Shown here: in pieces, positions 37,401 through 43,299 of the stretch
How positions within the stretch are numbered: position 1 is the first letter of the stretch
Layout: each line of letters begins with the position of its first letter
Source: Candidatus Omnitrophota bacterium
GTDB taxonomy: Bacteria; Omnitrophota; Omnitrophia; Omnitrophales; JACROU01
Length of the DNA: 64,000 bases
Assembly: GCA_029261035.1 (NCBI GenBank)
Contig: JAJDCD010000012.1
Span: 6,958 to 70,957, forward strand
Direction of reading: 5' to 3'
Program-made: the position numbers and the translations under genes
The notes under the pieces: model-generated
The model's input: only the letters and a program-made list of their open reading frames with translations
Told to the model about the DNA's origin: nothing
The model's database searches: none

Positions 37401-39195
37401 GCCCCTCAACAGAAAGTTGAATTCCAACTCTGTTATTCCAGGAAGAAAATTGTTTTCCCCAAGGACTTTCGTTAAGCGTAGTCTGAAGCCCTAAAATATC
37501 CCCAGCTTCTATAACTCCGCTACCAACCAAAGCTCTTCTAGCAGAAATGATGAATTCAGGAGCAACACCACCAAAGTAATCAACACCTAAAGCAACCAAT
37601 GCTTCTACAGAAGTTCCTCCAAAGAAAGGTGTTTCAATTGTTGAGTCCTTTAAACCATGGCTACTTGTCTTAAGGAATGAATGAACGTAAGTTTCTTGCC
37701 CTTCAACAGAATCAATTTGAGGAGCAATTAAAGAATAGTTCGATTTGTCTTCATAATAATTCTTAAAAGATTCAGAGTGAAACCCCCCTGTAATAATGGC
37801 TACATTCTTAGCTCTTCTAGATTCAATTAAAGAAGTAGCTTTATCAAACATACCTGAATCACGCTGAATAGCACCTTCGTAAAATTGCACCGATTTCCCG
37901 AATAGAGCTTTCACTTCTTCTAAATTCTCAATTTGTGTTTTCTTGACACGAGACAATGTATTGATTTCATGAATAATTCGACTAGGGTCTAAAGTGTTTC
38001 CTTTAGACTTCAATGCCTTATAGTCTTTTGGTGTTAACTGTAGCTCAAATAACCGGCTCAATAGTTCAAAGTTTAAAATCAGTTCCAACACCCTCTTCTG
38101 TTCTTTAGACTCTGTTAATTTATCTAAGATCTGAGCATTTAACTTCTCAGATTCATTAAACAACCTATCTCCAACCAACTCATTTTTCAAAAGAAAGTTT
38201 CCAACAAAAAATGAAACATTAGGATATACATCAAAATTAAAATTTGCTGGCAATTTCCTAACCACAGATTCCATCAACAGCGCAAGAGCACCCTCAGCAT
38301 CAGAATCAACAGAGTTAAAAAATGCTTTCAACTGTTTGTGCTCTTTAGCAGAAACAGTTTTGCGTGCAAGTTTTAAAAAAGCATTTTTTTCTTTGTGAAA
38401 CTGTTCTAAATTAAATTGATCTTGAAACTTTTGGAGTTTAAAAACTCTAAAAAGCATTGGCCAATCCAATTGCTGACCCGGTTGATCAAAATCAATATTT
38501 AAGATTTGATTCGCTTGTTTTTTTAAATTTTCTAATCTCTGAATAAATGTGATTTTCTTCTGGTCAAAGTCTTTTTTGTTTTTTAAACTAAGTCGAATAT
38601 CTGCATTCAACAAAGAAGACTTGAGGCCTTCTACCTTAGCTTTTATATTGGATAAAAACAAACTCGTCTTCTCTCTTTGAGATAATACAGCTACAAAGTC
38701 TTTTGAGTTACTCATATAAGATGCTTCATCTTCTATACCATAAGCTTTAACTTTAGGATTATTCATTAAGAATAATTCTGCTCCCTTAAGATAAGCTTTG
38801 CGAGTTAAATCATCTGCAATTTGTGCGTTGATTTTTTTATCACGAACAAACTGAAGCAGTTCAGGTTCTAACTCCGAAACGGAGCCTTCTAAAAGAAGTA
38901 AGTCTATTTTTTTGTTTTGATTTAAATAATTAAGAATGGATTCTATATTTTTTTGGGCTTGATAATTACCATGAGCTGTTTGAATATGAAATACATTTGT
39001 TTCATGTATTTTGGGTGTTTGATGCTGAATAACACCAAGCTCACGAGGTAATGTAAAATTTGAATTGTTAAGTGATACGGATGAAACTGTATTTAATTGC
39101 GTTAAACCTTGCGAATATCCAGTCCCTGAGAAAATAAAAGTTAATGCAACGAACAAGTTTATTGCCTTTAATCTAGCGAAGTAATTAAGAAACAT
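28483..39195 (-). CDS. giant multi-enzyme fusion protein: leader + TraB/GumN-like domain + isocitrate lyase + malate synthase + GTP-PEP carboxykinase + ELFV-type dehydrogenase + unknown C-terminal domain
   Basis: Uninterrupted 3,570-codon ORF in an AT-rich genome. AAGGAG lies 9 nt upstream of the ATG (39193-39195). Hallmark motifs of four enzyme families occur in series (see the domain entries). Confidence 0.9.
   Translation of the reverse strand: [3570 protein letters not shown]
28486..29274 (-). other. domain (aa ~3308-3570): C-terminal region of unknown function
   Basis: About 260 aa of non-low-complexity sequence after the dehydrogenase module. I recognised no motif. Confidence 0.5.
29311..30618 (-). 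other. domain (aa ~2860-3295): Glu/Leu/Phe/Val-dehydrogenase-like NAD(P) oxidoreductase
   Basis: [21 protein letters not shown] (Lys2981), [16 protein letters not shown], Rossmann motif [12 protein letters not shown] (aa 3090-3101), VAGAANEQ and [10 protein letters not shown]. The classical ELFV signature is only partly matched. Confidence 0.7.
30691..32667 (-). other. domain (aa ~2177-2835): GTP-dependent phosphoenolpyruvate carboxykinase
   Basis: [47 protein letters not shown], P-loop APSASGKTN (Lys2459), [20 protein letters not shown], and [25 protein letters not shown] (aa 2734-2758). Confidence 0.9.
32971..34878 (-). other. domain (aa ~1440-2075): malate synthase (A-type-like)
   Basis: FDWEDAG (aa 1557-1563), [32 protein letters not shown] (aa 1725-1733), and [13 protein letters not shown], where Asp1987 sits at the position of the catalytic base. 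Confidence 0.85.
35011..37278 (-). other. domain (aa ~640-1395): isocitrate lyase, long form with insertions
   Basis: YLSGWQ (aa 720-725), IYADGDTAH, the ICL signature KKCGHMAGK (aa 915-923, nt 36427-36453), [38 protein letters not shown] and [10 protein letters not shown] (aa 1362-1371). Confidence 0.9.
37711..39018 (-). other. domain (aa ~60-495): TraB/GumN/ChaN (Tiki-superfamily)-like, tentative
   Basis: [37 protein letters not shown] (TAH aa 73-75, Glu103) resembles the GTxH...E motif of this superfamily. [33 protein letters not shown]...YSLIAP (GGFH aa 470-473) resembles its C-terminal R-[ND]-x2-[MW]...VGxxH motif. This rests on pattern recall only. Confidence 0.35.
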
Positions 39196-39689
39196 ATGAT
39201 GAATCTCCTTTTCGAGGATTATTTTTTTGAAAGCAAAACAAGTTTGCTAGGGTATTTCTTTTGCTAAATTTAAATACATGTTTTGAAAGAACAAAACGAT
39301 AATTACGTTTTCCGCAATCCGTTGATTTTTTTCGAATTCATCCGTGAAGAGAGATCAAAATATAATAGAATTTCAGATAAAAGTCAATTTAATGTTGAAT
39401 GAAAAGAAAAAAAAATAATTAAAAAAGTAGTGTTAAAAACATTTAAGAATTTACTTTTCGATTCATTTCTCTCTTATTTTGAATATTGCTAAATTATTTA
39501 CATTAAAAAAATACTTATTAAATTTATTTATAATATTATTTATTAAGCTGATTTTAAAATACTTACATCATCCCCTATTATTTATAAGGAAGAAGTTCAA
39601 TAATTGATTGTAAAAATAGCATATCTATCATGAATATTAATTATAATAATAGAGGTAATTCAATATAGGATATATTTCTTAGGCAGGAA

Positions 39690-39726
39690 TAAAAAAATAA
39701 GGGAGCAGTGCAATAACCGCTCCCTT
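39690..39726 (-). terminator. Rho-independent terminator of dnaK
   Basis: The minus strand reads AAGGGAGC-GGTTATTGCACT-GCTCCCTT followed by ATTTTTTTT. It starts 21 nt after the dnaK stop. Confidence 0.8.
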
Positions 39727-39746
39727 ACCTTAAGCATTACTTAATA

Positions 39747-41690
39747 CTATTTAGTTTCTTTATCTTTGTCTTTATCTTCGTCAACAACTTCGAAATCAGC
39801 ATCAACAACATCTTCTTTTTTTTCTTCTGGTTGTTCTTTGCTATCACCTGTTGCTTCCTGATTTTTAGCAGCTTCTTCTTGCTGTTTTTTAGCGGCTTCT
39901 TCATACATTCTCTGAGCCAACCCTTGAGAAGCTTGCCCTAACTTTTCAGAAGCTTTATCTAAAGTTTCTTTGTCTTCAGTTTTCAAAGCTTCTTTAGCTT
40001 TCTTAATGGCATCTTCAATACTCTTTTTCTCTTCGTCCGTTGCTTTGTCTCCACTTTCTTTCAAGGTTTTTTCAACAGAATAAACAAGAGTATCCAAGTT
40101 GTTACGTGATTGAATCAGTTCATGCTTTTTCTTATCTTCTTCTGCATGAGCTTCCGCTTCTTTCACTAGCTTTTCAACATCATCTTTAGACATTCCAGCA
40201 GAAGACTCAATACGAATTTTTTGTTCTTTTCCAGTAGCTAAATCTTTAGCGTGAACATGAACAATACCATTCGCATCAATATCAAACGTAACTTCGATCT
40301 GAGGAACACCTCTAGGAGCTGCTGGAACACCTACAAGATCAAACCGGCCTAGCGTTCTGTTATCCGTAGAGATTTCTCTTTCTCCTTGAAGAACATGAAT
40401 GCTTACAGCTGTTTGATTATCTGCAGCTGTAGAAAAAATTTCTGATTTTCTGATAGGAATAGTGCTATTTCTATCAATTAAGCGAGTCATAACACCCCCT
40501 AAGGTTTCAATACCCAAAGACAAAGGTGTAACATCCAACAAAAGAACGTCTTTAACGTCCCCTTGAAGAACTCCTGCTTGAATTGCAGCACCGATAGCAA
40601 CCACTTCATCCGGATTCACCCCTTGGTGAGGATCTTTTCCAAACAATTTTTTTACTCTTTCTTGAACAGCAGGCATACGACTTTGTCCGCCTACCAAAAT
40701 TACTTCATCAATCTCAGAGGCACTAAACCCTGAGTCTTTTAATGCTTTTTCACAAGGCGAAATAGAACGATCTACTAAATCACTTACTAATTGCTCTAAC
40801 TTTGAACGTGTAAGCGTCATTACTAAATGCTTTGGCCCAGATGCATCGGCTGTAATGAATGGAAGATTAATTTCTGTTTCCATAGAGGTTGAAAGTTCAC
40901 ACTTTGCTTTTTCAGAAGCTTCTTTTAAACGTTGAAGAGCTGTTTTGTCTTTAGACAAATCCACACCTTCTTGTTTTTTGAATTCTTCCATAATATGTTC
41001 TGTTACTGCATGGTCAAAGTCATCTCCACCTAGATGAGTATCTCCATTAGTTGCTTTTACTTCAAAAACCCCATCTCCAATTTCTAAAATAGAGATATCA
41101 AAAGTACCTCCGCCTAAATCGTAAACAGCAATTTTCTCATCCTTCTTCTTATCTAAACCATAAGCAAGAGAAGCCGCTGTTGGCTCATTAATAATACGAA
41201 GTACTTCTAAGCCAGCAATTTGCCCAGCATCTTTAGTTGCCTGTCTTTGACTGTCATTAAAATAAGCAGGAACAGTAATAACAGCTTGAGTAACAGGCTC
41301 ACCTAAATAAGCTTCTGCATCTTGTTTTATTTTTTGAAGTATGATGGCTGAAATTTCTTGAGGCGTTTGATCTTTACCATTAGCTTCAATAAGCACATCC
41401 GAATTTTTTCCTTCTTTTACTTTAAAAGGAACAAGCTCAGCTTCCCTACCAATTTCATTGAAATTTCTTCCAATAAATCTTTTGGCGCTAAAAATAGTAT
41501 TTTCAGAATTGGTTACCCCTTGTCTTTTTGCGGGCAAACCAACAAGTCTTTCCCCAGCTTTTGTAAAAGCAACAATAGAGGGCGTTGTTCTATTACCTTC
41601 TTTATTTGCAATAACCTTTGGTTCTCCACCTTCCATGATTGCAAAACATGAATTCGTTGTTCCTAAATCGATTCCGATAACTTTTCCCAT
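39747..41690 (-). CDS. dnaK: molecular chaperone DnaK (Hsp70)
   Basis: [28 protein letters not shown], and an acidic C-terminal tail. 647 aa. AAGGAG RBS. Confidence 0.98.
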   Translation of the reverse strand: MGKVIGIDLGTTNSCFAIMEGGEPKVIANKEGNRTTPSIVAFTKAGERLVGLPAKRQGVTNSENTIFSAKRFIGRNFNEIGREAELVPFKVKEGKNSDVLIEANGKDQTPQEISAIILQKIKQDAEAYLGEPVTQAVITVPAYFNDSQRQATKDAGQIAGLEVLRIINEPTAASLAYGLDKKKDEKIAVYDLGGGTFDISILEIGDGVFEVKATNGDTHLGGDDFDHAVTEHIMEEFKKQEGVDLSKDKTALQRLKEASEKAKCELSTSMETEINLPFITADASGPKHLVMTLTRSKLEQLVSDLVDRSISPCEKALKDSGFSASEIDEVILVGGQSRMPAVQERVKKLFGKDPHQGVNPDEVVAIGAAIQAGVLQGDVKDVLLLDVTPLSLGIETLGGVMTRLIDRNSTIPIRKSEIFSTAADNQTAVSIHVLQGEREISTDNRTLGRFDLVGVPAAPRGVPQIEVTFDIDANGIVHVHAKDLATGKEQKIRIESSAGMSKDDVEKLVKEAEAHAEEDKKKHELIQSRNNLDTLVYSVEKTLKESGDKATDEEKKSIEDAIKKAKEALKTEDKETLDKASEKLGQASQGLAQRMYEEAAKKQQEEAAKNQEATGDSKEQPEEKKEDVVDADFEVVDEDKDKDKETK

Positions 41691-41741
41691 GACATTTCTC
41701 CTTCTTTTGATTAATAGCTAAATTTAGCTTACCCTATTACT

Positions 41742-41757
41742 ATCAAGTAGCATGCCA
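41742..41757 (-). promoter_or_regulatory. sigma-54-like -24/-12 element upstream of dnaK
   Basis: The minus strand reads TGGCAT-GCTAC-TTGAT, with the same TGGCAT-N5-TTG geometry as the pilin promoter at 1673-1688. The -12 GC is GA. It lies ~50 nt upstream of the dnaK ATG. Confidence 0.3.
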
Positions 41758-41858
41758 AAGACCTATTCTCTGATAGTTTCTTTAACTTATTGATATATAA
41801 TCATTTAGGATTTTTTAGTATTTTGATTATTGAGTCAGAAGTGTAACCCTGTAACGGG

Positions 41859-41879
41859 ATGGCACAAATAGTGTGCCAT
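41859..41879. promoter_or_regulatory. perfect palindrome between the sigma-54 activator gene and dnaK (candidate activator-binding site, terminator stem or alternative -24/-12 element)
   Basis: ATGGCACA-AATAG-TGTGCCAT (8-bp arms). On the minus strand it also reads TGGCAC-ACTAT-TTGTG. It lies ~110 nt upstream of the element at 41742-41757 and 21 nt downstream of the regulator stop. Confidence 0.4.
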
Positions 41880-41899
41880 TTTTAATAAAAATAGCTCTA

Positions 41900-43270
41900 C
41901 TACAGTTCGTATTCGTCAATTTTTCTATATAACGTTCTACGAGATATTCCTAATATCTTTGCGGCTTTAGATTTATTACCATCTGCCTCAACGAGTTTCT
42001 GACGAATCATTTCTTTTTCCATATCATGAATATTACCTTGGGTCCTGTTATCCCCAGAAAAAGCTAAACTATTATCAGAAGAAATGTTCTCTCCCCTTAT
42101 ATCATTTGGAAGATCAAATAGCTCTAAAACAGACTCATTAGCAAGAACGATCAATCTTTCTATTACATTTTTTAGTTCTCTAATATTACCAGGCCAATTA
42201 TAATGTTTCATTGCCTCTAAAGCATTATCTGCAATGCCTGTAATTGTCTTGTGATTGATCGCCGCAAAATGCTTAATGTAATGCTCGACCAACGGCTTTA
42301 TATCTTCTAGTCTTTCTCTTAAAGGAGGGGCTTCCAACAAAATAACATTAACCCTGTAAAATAAATCTTCTCGAAAAGTTCCTTTCCTTACCTCATCTAG
42401 AAGGTTTCTATTAGTAGCAGCAATAAGTCGGACATTAACCTTTATTGTTTTCGTACCTCCAACTCGTTCAAACTCTCCTTCTTGAAGCACCCGAAGAAGC
42501 TTTACCTGCATTGACTCTGGAATTTCCCCAATTTCATCCAAAAACAATGTTCCATTATGAGCTCTCTCAAATCTACCGATCTTTCTCTCTGTAGCTCCAG
42601 TAAAAGAACCTTTTTCATGTCCGAACAACTCACTTGCTAATAAGGTCTCTGTTAAAGATGCACAGTGGACTGCGATAAAAGAATTATCTTTTCTAGGACT
42701 CATATTATGGATTAAATGAGCAATCAGCTCTTTTCCTGTTCCGGTTTCACCTTGTATTAATACGGAGGAATCGGATTGAGCCACTTTTGTTGCCATATCA
42801 ATAGCTTCTTTCATCTTTTGAGATTCACTGATTACCTCAAAAGCTTCGTATTTATCTTTAATAATATCTTTTTTTAATTCCTTATTCTCCAATTCTAATT
42901 TTTGACTTGATAATGCTTTCTTAACCATAAACTCTAACTCATCTAAATTAACAGGTTTAGTCAGGTAGTGAAACGCCCCTGCCTTAATAGCTTTTACCGC
43001 ATTTTCTACAGAACCATAAGCAGTCAGTAATATTACCGGAATTTGAGCATCAAGGGCTTTAATTTGGTGAAGTAAGGACATCCCATCAACATCTGGCATT
43101 CTTATATCCGAGAGAACTACATTTGGAGCTTCGCTTTTTACTATGGCTAGAGCTTCTTCAGCTGAAGAAGCTAAAGAAATATCGTAGCCCAAAGAACCTA
43201 AGAATTTACCCAAACCTTCTCTCGTGTTCTTTTCATCATCAACAATTAAAATGGTTTCCCAATGCGACAT
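41900..43270 (-). CDS. sigma-54-dependent response regulator (NtrC family)
   Basis: Receiver domain (LSDIRMPDVDG). Walker A GETGTGKE. GAFTGA-type ELFGHEKGSFTGA. REDLFYRVNV. C-terminal HTH AAKILGISRRTLYRKI. Confidence 0.92.
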   Translation of the reverse strand: MSHWETILIVDDEKNTREGLGKFLGSLGYDISLASSAEEALAIVKSEAPNVVLSDIRMPDVDGMSLLHQIKALDAQIPVILLTAYGSVENAVKAIKAGAFHYLTKPVNLDELEFMVKKALSSQKLELENKELKKDIIKDKYEAFEVISESQKMKEAIDMATKVAQSDSSVLIQGETGTGKELIAHLIHNMSPRKDNSFIAVHCASLTETLLASELFGHEKGSFTGATERKIGRFERAHNGTLFLDEIGEIPESMQVKLLRVLQEGEFERVGGTKTIKVNVRLIAATNRNLLDEVRKGTFREDLFYRVNVILLEAPPLRERLEDIKPLVEHYIKHFAAINHKTITGIADNALEAMKHYNWPGNIRELKNVIERLIVLANESVLELFDLPNDIRGENISSDNSLAFSGDNRTQGNIHDMEKEMIRQKLVEADGNKSKAAKILGISRRTLYRKIDEYEL

Positions 43271-43299
43271 TTCAAGCTCCTTTTTTACAAAATTCAGAA

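Noticed and set aside
29634-37494. Several 65-131-aa antisense or off-frame ORFs inside the giant gene (e.g. 31516-31911 +, 33776-34000 +, 34321-34551 +).
   Set aside because: They are embedded in a 10.7-kb ORF whose frame carries enzyme motifs throughout. Their translations are Cys/Phe/Ile-rich nonsense typical of antisense frames.
28483-39195. Possibility that the giant ORF is an assembly or sequence artefact that joins four separate genes of an operon.
   Set aside because: All four junctions stay in one frame, with 25-100-aa linkers. I saw no residual stop, start or Shine-Dalgarno pattern at the junctions. This cannot be proven from a single sequence, so read-level verification is listed as the key check.
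41691-41899. CIRCE (HrcA) operator upstream of dnaK.
   Set aside because: I found no sequence resembling TTAGCACTC-N9-GAGTGCTAA on either strand. The only strong palindrome is ATGGCACA-N5-TGTGCCAT, which does not match CIRCE.
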